Origin: a virus
Reading direction: 5' to 3' (one strand)
UHGV virus genome: UHGV-0019613
DNA: 32,421 nt
The position numbers and the translations under genes are program-made. Below are positions 8,858 through 18,448 of the stretch, piece after piece (position 1 is the stretch's first letter; the number at the start of each line of letters is the position of its first letter). Below the pieces are notes generated by a model. It saw only the letters and a list, made by a program, of their open reading frames with translations, did not search any database and was not told where the DNA came from.

Positions 8858-9013
8858 AACGGATCACATTTTCAAACCGATGGATGCAGAATTTAACATT
8901 GCTGCATGAGTTTGCATCTTGAAATCATAAGCTGTACTGCTTGGCTTGACCAGAATTGATGTGGGTAAGAAGTGGTTATGCACCCGCATTAAAACCGCCC
9001 CATTAAGCGGGCG

Positions 9014-9032
9014 GGCGAGGCGGGGAAAGCAC
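9014..9032. other. P2-type cos cohesive-end sequence (GGCGAGGCGGGGAAAGCAC)
   Basis: 19-nt string matches my recollection of the P2 cohesive end, and sits between the A-side cargo and Q exactly where cos lies in a P2 prophage. Confidence 0.55.
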
Positions 9033-9174
9033 TGCGCGCTGACGGTGGTGCTGATTTTATTTTTTCAGCGTCTGAGCGCGTCGTGATGGCGTTTAGATTG
9101 TGCGCCGGGGCGTTGGTGTGTCTGCGGGGTGTTTTGTGCGGTGGTGAGCGTGTGAGGGCGTGATGACGGGATGT

Positions 9175-9196
9175 AAAAAAGCCGCCCGCAGGCGGC
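9175..9196 (-). terminator. Rho-independent terminator downstream of Q
   Basis: GCCGCC-CGCA-GGCGGC hairpin followed on the minus strand by a run of six T. Confidence 0.5.
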
Positions 9197-9201
9197 GATG
9201 T

Positions 9202-10236
9202 TCAGCCGTTGTCAGTGTCCAGTGAGTAGTTTTTAAAGCGGATGACCTCCTGACCGAGCCAGCCGTTTATCTCGCGGATCCTGTCCTGTAACGGGATAAG
9301 CTCATTGCGGACAAAGACCTTTGCTACTTTCTCAATATCACCCAGCGACCCGACGTTCTCCGGCTTGCCGCCCATCAACTGAAAGGGGATGCGGTGCGCG
9401 TCCAGCAGGTCAGCGGCGCTGGCTTTTTTGATATTAAAAAAATCGTCCTTCGTTGCCACTTCACTGAGCGGGATAATTTTAATGCCGTCAGCTTTCCCCT
9501 GCGGGGCATAGAGAAACAGGTTTTTAAAGTTGTTGCGGCCTTTCGACTTCACCATGTTTTCGCGGAGCATTTCGATATCGTTGCGATCCTGCACGGCATC
9601 AGTGACGTACATGATATATCCGGCATGAGCGCCGTTTTCGTAATACTTGCGGCGGAACAGCGTGGCCGACTCATTCAGCCAGGCAGAGTTAAGGGCGCTG
9701 AGATATTCCGGCAGGCCGTACAGCTCCTGATTAATATCCGGCTCCAGCAGGTGAAACACGGAACCGGGCGCGAAGGCTGTCGGCTCGTTGAAGGACGGCA
9801 CCCACCAGTAAACATCCTCTTCCACACCACGGCGGGTATATTTTGCCGGTGAGGTTTCCAGTCTGATGACCTTACCGGTGGTGCTGTAACGCTTTTCCAG
9901 AAACGCATTACCGAACACCAGAAAATCCAGCACAAAGCGGCTGAAATCCTGCTGGGAAAGCCACGGGTGCGGAATAAACGTTGAAGCCAGAATATTGCGT
10001 TTGACGTAAATCGGTGAGCTGTGATGCACGGCAGCACGCAGGCTTTTTGCCAGACCGGTAAAGCTGACCGGTGGCTCATACCATCTGCCGTTACTGATGC
10101 ACTCGACATAATCCAGAATGTCACGGCGGTCGAGAACCGGCACCGGCTCGCCAAAGGTGAATGCCTCCATTTTCGGGGCGCTGGCGGTCATTGTTTTCAC
10201 CGCTGGCTGCGGTGTTTTCCCTTTTTTCTTTCTCAT
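9202..10236 (-). CDS. Q: Portal protein
   Basis: 344 aa, identical in length and position to P2 Q; ATG overlaps the stop of P (ATGA). Confidence 0.9.
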   Translation of the reverse strand: MRKKKGKTPQPAVKTMTASAPKMEAFTFGEPVPVLDRRDILDYVECISNGRWYEPPVSFTGLAKSLRAAVHHSSPIYVKRNILASTFIPHPWLSQQDFSRFVLDFLVFGNAFLEKRYSTTGKVIRLETSPAKYTRRGVEEDVYWWVPSFNEPTAFAPGSVFHLLEPDINQELYGLPEYLSALNSAWLNESATLFRRKYYENGAHAGYIMYVTDAVQDRNDIEMLRENMVKSKGRNNFKNLFLYAPQGKADGIKIIPLSEVATKDDFFNIKKASAADLLDAHRIPFQLMGGKPENVGSLGDIEKVAKVFVRNELIPLQDRIREINGWLGQEVIRFKNYSLDTDNG

Positions 10237-12008
10237 CAGTAAAACTCCAGAATGGTGGATGTCAGCGGTGTGCTGATACCGGCGGTGAGTGGCTCATTTA
10301 ACAGGGCGTGCATGGTCGCCCAGGCGAGGTCGGCGTGGCTGGCTTCCTCGCTGCGGCTGGCCTCATAGGTGGCGCTGCGTCCGCTGCTGGTCATGGTCTT
10401 GCGGATAGCCATAAACGAGCTGGTGATGTCGGTGGCGCTGACGTCATATTCCAGACAGCCACGGCGGATGACGTCTTTTGCCTTGAGCACCATTGCGGTT
10501 TTCATTTCCGGCGTGTAGCGGATATCGCGCGCGGCGGGATAGAACGAGCGCACGAGCTGGAACACGCCGACACCGAGGCCGGTGGCATCAATTCCGATGT
10601 ATTCGACGTTGTATTTTTCGGTGAGTTTGCGGATGGATTCCGCCTGGGTGGCAAAGTCCATGCCTTTCCACTGGTGACGCTCAAGTATTCTGAATTTGCC
10701 ACCGGCCACCACCGGTGGTGCCAGCACCACGCATCCGGCACTGTCGCCACGGTGTGACGGGTCGTAACCAATCCATACCGGGCGGGAGCCGAACGGATTG
10801 GCGGCAAACGGCGCATAGTCTTCCCATTCTTCCAGCGTGTCGACCATGCAGCGTTGCAGCTCCTCGAACGGGAATACCGATGCCTTGTCGTCAACAAATT
10901 CACACATGAACAGGTTTTTAAAATCGTCGGCGCTGTTTTCGCGTTTGAGCTGCTCAATGTCGAACAGCGTGCAGCCGCCTTTCAGGGCGTCCTCAATGGT
11001 GACAATCTGTCGCCACTGGCCGTCCGCACAGAGAAGCCCACCGGCAAGGGCGTTATGACTGACGTCGATTTCCACGCGTTCAGCGGCGCTGGCGCGTCCC
11101 CGGTTAAACAGTTCACCCGACCAGAACGGGTAGGCGTCGTGCGCCAGCGTGGACGGGGTGGAGAAATAGGTCGAGCGCAGGTGACTCTGTGAGGCCATAC
11201 CTGATGCCACCTTACGGAGCACCTGAAAATTCGGGATCCAGAAAATCTCGTCGACGTACAGGTCGCCGTTATGGCTCTGCGCGGTGTTGGAGTTGGTGCC
11301 GAGAAAAATCAGTTTTGCGCCGTTATTGCCCAGGACAATCGGGTCACCGGTCAGGTCAACGTCAACCAGCCGGGCAAAGGCGATGATGTATTCACGGAAC
11401 ACATACGCCTGCGTTTTACTGGCCGACAGAAAAATCTGGTTATGACCTGTTTTCAGGGCGCGCAGCAGCGCCTCGCGGGAAAAATAAAACGTCGCGCCAA
11501 TCTGGCGGGATTTCAGGATATCGCGGATGCGGTGCTCAAGCCCGGCGCGATACCAGTGCAACTGATATTCGAAAGACTGCTCAAAGAAAATCTGCTCCAG
11601 CTTTTCGATGGCCTCGTCACTGAAAAAATTCTTTTTCGGTTTGCGACGCCCGCCTTTGTTGCGGTTAGCGACGTTCGGATTAAGGTCTGCCTCGTTGCCG
11701 GTCTGACTGTAACGGTTGACCCGTGCCAGTCGTTCAATCTGGCGTCCCAGCAGGTCAATTTCCTTGAAGTCACCGCCGGTTTTCTGCGGTTTGATGATGA
11801 GCTGGGTCAGCCGCGCTTCCAGGCTCATTTCGACACGGCTGATGGGGGCAACACTGTCCCAGCCGTCGCGCTGTTTCCAGCTCTGCACCGTCGGGCGTTT
11901 CATCTGCAACATGGCGGCAATCTGCGGCACGGAAAATCCCTGCCAGTACAGCAGCGCCGCCTGACGACGCGGGTCGTGTAAAAGAGTGGTGTCTGTGGTG
12001 ATGGTCAT
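10236..12008 (-). CDS. P: Terminase large (ATPase) subunit
   Basis: 590 aa from ATG 12008 with GAGGT RBS (the ORF track's upstream TTG is unlikely); length equals P2 P; divergent from O. Confidence 0.9.
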   Translation of the reverse strand: MTITTDTTLLHDPRRQAALLYWQGFSVPQIAAMLQMKRPTVQSWKQRDGWDSVAPISRVEMSLEARLTQLIIKPQKTGGDFKEIDLLGRQIERLARVNRYSQTGNEADLNPNVANRNKGGRRKPKKNFFSDEAIEKLEQIFFEQSFEYQLHWYRAGLEHRIRDILKSRQIGATFYFSREALLRALKTGHNQIFLSASKTQAYVFREYIIAFARLVDVDLTGDPIVLGNNGAKLIFLGTNSNTAQSHNGDLYVDEIFWIPNFQVLRKVASGMASQSHLRSTYFSTPSTLAHDAYPFWSGELFNRGRASAAERVEIDVSHNALAGGLLCADGQWRQIVTIEDALKGGCTLFDIEQLKRENSADDFKNLFMCEFVDDKASVFPFEELQRCMVDTLEEWEDYAPFAANPFGSRPVWIGYDPSHRGDSAGCVVLAPPVVAGGKFRILERHQWKGMDFATQAESIRKLTEKYNVEYIGIDATGLGVGVFQLVRSFYPAARDIRYTPEMKTAMVLKAKDVIRRGCLEYDVSATDITSSFMAIRKTMTSSGRSATYEASRSEEASHADLAWATMHALLNEPLTAGISTPLTSTILEFY

Positions 12009-12181
12009 GAATACCTCGCCGTGATGAATACATGGCAAGGCTACTGAGTCGCGCCCCGCGATTCGCTAAGGTGCTGTTGTGTCAGTGATAAGCCATCCGG
12101 GACTGATGGCGGAGGATGCGCATCGTCGGGAAACTGATGCCGACATGTGACTCCTCTAATCACTATTCAGGACTCCTGACA
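12009..12181. promoter_or_regulatory. Divergent late promoter region (P2 PP/PO equivalent, Ogr-dependent)
   Basis: Intergenic region between divergent P and O; function inferred from P2 organisation, no motif confidently identified. Confidence 0.4.
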
Positions 12182-13036
12182 ATGGCAAAAAAAGTCTCAA
12201 AATTCTTTCGTATCGGCGTTGAGGGTGACACCTGTGACGGGCGTGTCATCAGTGCGCAGGATATTCAGGAAATGGCCGAAACCTTTGACCCGCGAGTCTA
12301 TGGTTGCCGCATTAACCTGGAACATCTGCGCGGCGTCCTGCCTGACGGTATTTTTAAGCGTTATGGCGATGTGGTCGAACTGAAGGCCGAAAAGATTGAC
12401 GATGATTCGGCGCTGAAAGGCAAATGGGCGCTGTTTGCGAAAATCACCCCGACCGATGACCTTATCGCGATGAACAAGGCCGCGCAGAAGGTCTACACCT
12501 CAATGGAAATTCAGCCGAACTTTGCCAACACCGGCAAATGTTATCTGGTGGGGCTGGCCGTCACCGATGACCCGGCAAGCCTCGGCACGGAATACCTGGA
12601 ATTCTGCCGCACGGCAAAACACAACCCCCTGAACCGCTTCAAATTAAGCCCTGAAAACCTGATTTCAGTGGCAACGCCTGTTGAGCTGGAATTTGAAGAC
12701 CTGCCTGAAACCGTGTTCACCGCCCTGACCGAAAAGGTGAAGTCCATTTTTGGCCGCAAACAGGCCAGCGATGATGCCCGTCTGAATGACGTGCATGAAG
12801 CGGTGACCGCTGTTGCTGAACATGTGCAGGAAAAACTGAGCGCCACTGAGCAGCGCCTCGCGGAGATGGAAACCGCCTTTTCCGCACTTAAGCAGGAGGT
12901 GACTGACAGGGCGGATGAAACCAGCCAGGCATTCACCCGCCTGAAAAACAGTCTCGACCACACCGAAAGTCTGACCCAGCAGCGCCGCAGCAAGGCCACC
13001 GGTGGTGGCGGTGACGCCCTGATGACGAACTGCTGA
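12182..13036 (+). CDS. O: Capsid scaffolding protein
   Basis: 284 aa from ATG 12182 (AGGA RBS), equal to P2 O; coiled-coil-rich C-terminus. Confidence 0.85.
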   Translation: MAKKVSKFFRIGVEGDTCDGRVISAQDIQEMAETFDPRVYGCRINLEHLRGVLPDGIFKRYGDVVELKAEKIDDDSALKGKWALFAKITPTDDLIAMNKAAQKVYTSMEIQPNFANTGKCYLVGLAVTDDPASLGTEYLEFCRTAKHNPLNRFKLSPENLISVATPVELEFEDLPETVFTALTEKVKSIFGRKQASDDARLNDVHEAVTAVAEHVQEKLSATEQRLAEMETAFSALKQEVTDRADETSQAFTRLKNSLDHTESLTQQRRSKATGGGGDALMTNC

Positions 13037-13094
13037 CCGGCGTCAGTCAGTCCGGGAAAACCTTCACGATTAACCCTTAATTTCAGGAAAAACT

Positions 13095-14168
13095 ATGCGC
13101 CAGGAAACCCGCTTTAAATTTAATGCCTACCTGTCCCGTGTTGCCGAACTGAACGGCATCGACGCCGGTGATGTGTCGAAAAAATTCACCGTTGAACCAT
13201 CGGTCACCCAGACCCTGATGAACACCATGCAGGAGTCCTCTGATTTTCTGACCCGCATCAACATTGTGCCGGTCAGCGAAATGAAAGGGGAAAAAATTGG
13301 TATTGGTGTCACCGGCTCCATCGCCAGCACCACCGACACCGCCGGTGGCACCGAGCGTCAGCCGAAGGACTTCTCGAAGCTGGCGTCAAACAAGTACGAA
13401 TGCGACCAGATTAACTTCGATTTTTATATCCGCTACAAAACGCTGGACCTGTGGGCGCGTTATCAGGATTTCCAGCTCCGTATCCGTAACGCCATTATCA
13501 AACGCCAGTCCCTTGATTTCATCATGGCCGGTTTTAACGGCGTGAAGCGTGCCGAAACCTCTGACCGCAGCAGCAATCCGATGCTGCAGGATGTGGCGGT
13601 CGGCTGGCTGCAGAAATACCGCAATGAAGCCCCGGCGCGCGTGATGAGCAAGGTCACTGACGAGGAAGGCCGCACCACCTCTGAGGTTATCCGCGTGGGT
13701 AAGGGCGGTGATTATGCCAGCCTTGATGCACTGGTGATGGATGCGACCAACAACCTGATTGAGCCGTGGTATCAGGAAGACCCTGACCTTGTGGTGATTG
13801 TGGGACGTCAGCTACTGGCGGACAAGTATTTTCCCATCGTCAACAAGGAGCAGGACAACAGCGAAATGCTGGCCGCTGACGTCATCATCAGCCAGAAACG
13901 CATCGGTAACCTGCCGGCGGTACGCGTCCCGTACTTCCCGGCGGATGCGATGCTCATCACGAAGCTGGAAAACCTGTCCATCTACTACATGGATGACAGC
14001 CATCGCCGCGTGATTGAGGAAAACCCGAAACTCGACCGCGTGGAGAACTACGAGTCAATGAACATTGATTACGTGGTGGAAGACTACGCCGCCGGCTGTC
14101 TGGTGGAAAAAATTAAGGTCGGTGATTTCTCCACACCGGATAAAGCGACCGCAGAGCCGGGAGCGTAA
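13095..14168 (+). CDS. N: Major capsid protein
   Basis: 357 aa, same length and position as P2 N. Confidence 0.9.
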   Translation: MRQETRFKFNAYLSRVAELNGIDAGDVSKKFTVEPSVTQTLMNTMQESSDFLTRINIVPVSEMKGEKIGIGVTGSIASTTDTAGGTERQPKDFSKLASNKYECDQINFDFYIRYKTLDLWARYQDFQLRIRNAIIKRQSLDFIMAGFNGVKRAETSDRSSNPMLQDVAVGWLQKYRNEAPARVMSKVTDEEGRTTSEVIRVGKGGDYASLDALVMDATNNLIEPWYQEDPDLVVIVGRQLLADKYFPIVNKEQDNSEMLAADVIISQKRIGNLPAVRVPYFPADAMLITKLENLSIYYMDDSHRRVIEENPKLDRVENYESMNIDYVVEDYAAGCLVEKIKVGDFSTPDKATAEPGA

Positions 14169-14171
14169 CCG

Positions 14172-14915
14172 ATGACGAGTCCCGCACAGCGCCACATGAT
14201 GCGGGTCTCGGCAGCGATGACCGCGCAGCGGGAAGCCGCCCCGCTGCGACATGCAACTGTCTATGAGCAGATGCTGGTCAAGCTGGCCGCAGACCAGCGC
14301 ACACTGAAAGCGATTTATTCAAAAGAGCTGAAAGCCGCGAAAAAACGCGAACTGCTGCCGTTCTGGTTGCCGTGGGTGAACGGCGTGCTGGAGCAGGGCA
14401 AAGGTGCACAGGATGACATTCTGATGACGGTCATGCTGTGGCGTCTGGATACCGGCGATATTGCCGGTGCGCTGGAGATTGCCCGTTATGCCCTGAAGTA
14501 CGGTCTGACCATGCCGGGTAAACACCGCCGCACCCCGCCGTACATGTTCACCGAGGAGGTGGCGCTTGCGGCCATGCGCGCTCACGCTGCCGGTGAGTCT
14601 GTGGATACCCGCCTGCTGACGGACACCCTTGAACTGACCGCCACGGCTGACATGCCTGATGAAGTGCGCGCAAAGCTGCACAAAATCACCGGCCTGTTTC
14701 TGCGTGACGCTGGTGATGCCGCAGGGGCGCTGGCTCACCTGCAACGTGCGACACAGCTCGACTGTCAGGCAGGCGTCAAAAAAGAGATTGAACGACTGGA
14801 GCGGGAGCTGAAACCGAAGCCGGAGCCGCAGCCCAAAGCGGCCACCCGCACTCCGCGTAAGACCCGGAGCGTGACACCGGCAAAACGTGGACGCCCGAAA
14901 AAGAAAGCCAGTTAA
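14172..14915 (+). CDS. M: Terminase small (endonuclease) subunit
   Basis: 247 aa, same as P2 M; basic KR-rich C-terminal tail. Confidence 0.85.
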   Translation: MTSPAQRHMMRVSAAMTAQREAAPLRHATVYEQMLVKLAADQRTLKAIYSKELKAAKKRELLPFWLPWVNGVLEQGKGAQDDILMTVMLWRLDTGDIAGALEIARYALKYGLTMPGKHRRTPPYMFTEEVALAAMRAHAAGESVDTRLLTDTLELTATADMPDEVRAKLHKITGLFLRDAGDAAGALAHLQRATQLDCQAGVKKEIERLERELKPKPEPQPKAATRTPRKTRSVTPAKRGRPKKKAS

Positions 14916-15014
14916 CAACCGAATGCGCCCCGCGCCAGGGCGGCACGCCGGTCAGTGAGGGTGAATCACCTGACACTGTACCGGCGTCCACCGCCCGACT
15001 TTTCAGAGGTAGTC

Positions 15015-15524
15015 ATGACGACGCTGATTATTCCGCGAAAGGAGGCTCCTGTATCCGGTGAGGGTACGGTGGTCATCCCGCAACCGGCAGGCGACGAGCC
15101 GGTGATTAAAAACACGTTCTTTTTTCCCGATATCGACCCGAAGCGCGTCCGGGAACGTATGCGCCTTGAGCAGACCGTCGCCCCCGCCCGTCTGCGAGAG
15201 GCCATCAAGTCAGGCATGGCGGAGACGAATGCGGAGCTGTACGAGTATCGCGAACAGAAAATTGCCGCCGGTTTTACGCGTCTGGCGGACGTCCCGGCGG
15301 ACGACATCGACGGTGAAAGCATCAAAGTTTTTTACTACGAGCGCGCCGTGTGTGCGATGGCGACCGCGTCGCTTTATGAGCGTTACCGCGGCGTGGATGC
15401 CAGTGCAAAAGGCGACAAGAAGGCCGACAGCATTGACAGCACCATTGATGAACTGTGGCGGGATATGCGCTGGGCGGTGGCGCGTATCCAGGACAAGCCG
15501 CGCTGCATCGTGAGTCAAATCTGA
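15015..15524 (+). CDS. L: Head completion/stabilisation protein
   Basis: 169 aa from ATG 15015 with AGAGGT RBS; equals P2 L. Confidence 0.8.
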   Translation: MTTLIIPRKEAPVSGEGTVVIPQPAGDEPVIKNTFFFPDIDPKRVRERMRLEQTVAPARLREAIKSGMAETNAELYEYREQKIAAGFTRLADVPADDIDGESIKVFYYERAVCAMATASLYERYRGVDASAKGDKKADSIDSTIDELWRDMRWAVARIQDKPRCIVSQI

Positions 15525-15727
15525 TGAAGACCTTTGCGCTACAGGGCGACACGCTCGACGCCATTTGTGTCCGGTATTACGGGCGCACTGAGGGCGTGGT
15601 CGAGGCTGTGCTCGCCGCAAATCCGGGACTGGCTGAACTGGGGGCGGTGCTGCCACATGGCACCGCCGTCGAACTGCCCGACGTTCAGACCGCGCCCGTG
15701 GCTGAAACTGTCAATCTGTGGGAGTAA
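15524..15727 (+). CDS. X: Tail protein X (LysM-like)
   Basis: 67 aa; ATG overlaps L stop (TGATG); same size as P2 X. Confidence 0.75.
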   Translation: MKTFALQGDTLDAICVRYYGRTEGVVEAVLAANPGLAELGAVLPHGTAVELPDVQTAPVAETVNLWE

Positions 15728-15730
15728 CGC

Positions 15731-16012
15731 ATGACAGCAGAAGAAAAAAGCGTCCTGTCGCTTTTCATGATTGGGGTGCTAATTGTTGTCGGCAAGGTGC
15801 TTGCCGGTGGTGAACCCATCACCCCGCGTCTGTTTATCGGGCGCATGTTGCTCGGTGGTTTTGTCTCGATGGTTGCCGGTGTTGTTCTGGTGCAGTTTCC
15901 TGACCTGTCACTGCCTGCGGTGTGCGGCATCGGCTCCATGCTGGGTATCGCCGGTTATCAGGTGATTGAGATTGCCATTCAGCGCCGCTTTAAGGGCAGG
16001 GGGAAACAGTAA
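15731..16012 (+). CDS. Y: Holin
   Basis: 93 aa with multiple hydrophobic helices and charged C-terminus; matches P2 Y length. Confidence 0.75.
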   Translation: MTAEEKSVLSLFMIGVLIVVGKVLAGGEPITPRLFIGRMLLGGFVSMVAGVVLVQFPDLSLPAVCGIGSMLGIAGYQVIEIAIQRRFKGRGKQ

Positions 16013-16509
16013 TGCCGGTAATTAACACGCATCAGAATATCGCCGCCTTTCTCGACATGCTGGCCGTGTCCGAAGGGACGGCGAATCATCCGCTGACGAA
16101 AAACCGGGGCTATGACGTGATAGTCACCGGACTGGACGGAAAGCCGGAAATTTTCACCGACTACAGTGACCACCCGTTCGCGCATGGCCGACCGGCGAAG
16201 GTGTTTAACCGTCGCGGTGAAAAATCCACGGCCTCCGGTCGCTATCAGCAGCTTTACCTGTTCTGGCCGCATTACCGCAAACAGCTTGCCCTGCCGGATT
16301 TCAGTCCGTTGTCACAGGACAGACTCGCCATTCAGTTGATCCGCGAACGCGGTGCACTGGATGACATCCGGGCGGGACGCATTGAGCGCGCCATTTCACG
16401 CTGTCGCAATATCTGGGCGTCCCTGCCGGGTGCCGGTTACGGTCAGCGTGAGCATTCACTGGAAAAACTGGTCACCGTCTGGCGTACCGCTGGCGGCGTA
16501 CCGGCTTAA
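16012..16509 (+). CDS. K: Endolysin
   Basis: 165 aa, same as P2 K; follows holin. Confidence 0.85.
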   Translation: MPVINTHQNIAAFLDMLAVSEGTANHPLTKNRGYDVIVTGLDGKPEIFTDYSDHPFAHGRPAKVFNRRGEKSTASGRYQQLYLFWPHYRKQLALPDFSPLSQDRLAIQLIRERGALDDIRAGRIERAISRCRNIWASLPGAGYGQREHSLEKLVTVWRTAGGVPA

Positions 16510-16523
16510 ACGGAGTAAACACC

Positions 16524-16949
16524 ATGAAGAAATTATCCCTTTCACTGATGCTGAACGTGTCGCTGGCGCTGATGCTGGCACTGTCCATGATTTATCCGCA
16601 GAGCGTGGCCGTCAGTTTTGTCGCCGCCTGGGCGATTCTGGCGACGGTTATCTGTGTGGTTACCGGTGGTGTCGGCGTGTATGCCACTGAGTATGTGCTG
16701 GAACGCTATGGGCGGGAGCTGCCGACGGAATCGCTGGCCGTGAAGATTGTCACGTCGCTGTTTTTGCAGCCGGTGCCGTGGCGCAGACGGGCAGTGGCTC
16801 TGGTGGTGATGGTGGCGACATTTATCTCGCTGGTCGCTGCCGGGTGGATTTTTACCGCGCTGATTTATCTTGTGGCGTCGCTGTTTTTCCGGCTGATACG
16901 TAAAGCCTGTCGTCAGCGTCTTGAGGGGCGGGAACCATGTCAAGGCTGA
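16524..16949 (+). CDS. lysA: Lysis timing membrane protein LysA
   Basis: 141 aa, highly hydrophobic, P2 lysA length and position. Confidence 0.7.
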   Translation: MKKLSLSLMLNVSLALMLALSMIYPQSVAVSFVAAWAILATVICVVTGGVGVYATEYVLERYGRELPTESLAVKIVTSLFLQPVPWRRRAVALVVMVATFISLVAAGWIFTALIYLVASLFFRLIRKACRQRLEGREPCQG

Positions 16950-17362
16950 TGACTGTGCTGGTTGTGTTGTTATCACTGGCGGTGGCCGGTCTGTTTCTGG
17001 TGAAACACAAAAATGCCAGCCTGCGCGCCTCGCTGGACAGGGCGAACAGCGTCGCCAGTGAACAGCAGACGACCATCACCATGCTGAAAAATCAGCTTCA
17101 TGTTGCCCTCACCAGGGCAGACAAAAACGAGCTGGCGCAGGTGGCACTGCGTCAGGAACTGGAGAACGCCACGAAGCGTGAAGCACAGCGCGAGAAAACC
17201 ATCACGAGGTTACTCAATGAAAACGAAGATTTTCGCCGCTGGTACGGTGCTGACCTGCCTGATGCTGTGCGCCGGTTGCACCAGCGTCCGGCCTGCGCCG
17301 ACGCCAGTGATTGTCCACAACGCCTGCCCGAAAGTGAGTCTTTGCCCGATGCCGGGCAGTGA
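16937..17362 (+). CDS. lysB: Spanin inner-membrane component (LysB, Rz-like)
   Basis: 141 aa; N-terminal TM helix then coiled coil; P2 lysB length. Confidence 0.7.
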   Translation: MSRLMTVLVVLLSLAVAGLFLVKHKNASLRASLDRANSVASEQQTTITMLKNQLHVALTRADKNELAQVALRQELENATKREAQREKTITRLLNENEDFRRWYGADLPDAVRRLHQRPACADASDCPQRLPESESLPDAGQ

Positions 17363-17507
17363 CCCGGAGACGAACGGCGATTTAAGTGCCGATATCCGGC
17401 AGCTTGAGAACGCGCTGGCACGCTGTGCCAGCCAGGTAAAAATGATTAAACACTGTCAGGACGAAAACGATGCTCAAACCCGACAGCCTGCGCAGGGCGC
17501 TGACTGA
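17217..17507 (+). CDS. lysC: Spanin outer-membrane lipoprotein (LysC, Rz1-like)
   Basis: 96 aa from ATG 17217 (GAGGT RBS), in the +1 frame overlapping the lysB 3' end; lipobox LCAGC; proline-rich. Confidence 0.65.
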   Translation: MKTKIFAAGTVLTCLMLCAGCTSVRPAPTPVIVHNACPKVSLCPMPGSDPETNGDLSADIRQLENALARCASQVKMIKHCQDENDAQTRQPAQGAD

Positions 17508-17937
17508 TGCCGTCACGGTGCTGAAAACCAGTCCCGAGATGCTGCGGATATTCGTGGATAACGGGAGTATTGCCTCCACACTGGCGACGTCGTTGTCATT
17601 CGAAAAGCGTTACACGCTCAATGTCATTGTGACCGACTTTACCGGTGATTTTGACCTGCTCATCGTGCCGGTGCTGGCGTGGCTGCGGGAAAATCAGCCC
17701 GATATCATGACCACCGACGAAGGCCAGAAAAAGGGCTTCACGTTTTATGCGGACATCAACAATGACAGCAGTTTTGATATCAGCATCAGCCTGATGCTGA
17801 CCGAGCGCACGCTGGTCAGTGAGGTGGACGGCGCGCTGCATGTGAAGAATATCCCGGAACCTCCGCCGCCGGAGCCGGTTACCCGCCCGATGGAGCTTTA
17901 TATCAATGGCGAACTGGTGAGCAAGTGGGATGAATGA
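17470..17937 (+). CDS. R: Tail completion protein R
   Basis: 155 aa, same as P2 R. Confidence 0.8.
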   Translation: MLKPDSLRRALTDAVTVLKTSPEMLRIFVDNGSIASTLATSLSFEKRYTLNVIVTDFTGDFDLLIVPVLAWLRENQPDIMTTDEGQKKGFTFYADINNDSSFDISISLMLTERTLVSEVDGALHVKNIPEPPPPEPVTRPMELYINGELVSKWDE

Positions 17938-18382
17938 GTTTAAGCGTTTTGAAGACCGGCTGACCGGACTTATTGAGTCGCTGTCACCGTCAGGGCGTCG
18001 GCGACTGAGTGCCGAACTGGCGAAACGTCTGCGGCAGAGTCAGCAGCGTCGGGTGATGGCTCAGAAAGCCCCGGACGGCACACCCTACGCGCCACGCCAG
18101 CAGCAGAGCGCCAGAAAAAAGACCGGTCGTGTTAAGCGAAAAATGTTTGCGAAACTTATCACCAGTCGTTTTTTGCATATCCGCGCCAGCCCGGAACAGG
18201 CATCAATGGAGTTTTACGGCGGGAAGTCACCGAAAATCGCCAGCGTGCATCAGTTCGGTCTGTCGGAAGAAACCCGGAAAGACGGTAAGAAAATTGATTA
18301 TCCGGCGCGTCCTCTGCTCGGCTTTACCGGTGAGGATGTGCAGATGATTGAAGAGATTATCCTGGCTCACCTCGACCGTTAG
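17930..18382 (+). CDS. S: Tail completion protein S
   Basis: 150 aa, same as P2 S. Confidence 0.8.
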   Translation: MNEFKRFEDRLTGLIESLSPSGRRRLSAELAKRLRQSQQRRVMAQKAPDGTPYAPRQQQSARKKTGRVKRKMFAKLITSRFLHIRASPEQASMEFYGGKSPKIASVHQFGLSEETRKDGKKIDYPARPLLGFTGEDVQMIEEIILAHLDR

Positions 18383-18448
18383 TTGTGCCATTCCTGACAC
18401 CTCATCGTCACATTGCCGCCGGTATGACCCGGCGGCATCCTTCCCGTT

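Noticed and set aside
8858-9200. G-rich, GTG-repeat-like stretch 9100-9170 as a possible CRISPR or satellite repeat
   Set aside because: No regular repeat-spacer periodicity; it is adjacent to the cos sequence and more plausibly part of the terminase recognition region.
9394-12033. Numerous ORFs antisense to or out of frame with Q and P (for example 9394-9852, 9675-10154, 10308-10757, 11271-11981)
   Set aside because: The region is GC-rich and fully accounted for by the portal and terminase genes; these look like frame shadows.
12541-15939. Antisense and alternate-frame ORFs across O, N, M, L, X and Y (for example 14319-14918, 15210-15656)
   Set aside because: They are embedded within length-conserved P2 late genes and lack independent start signals.
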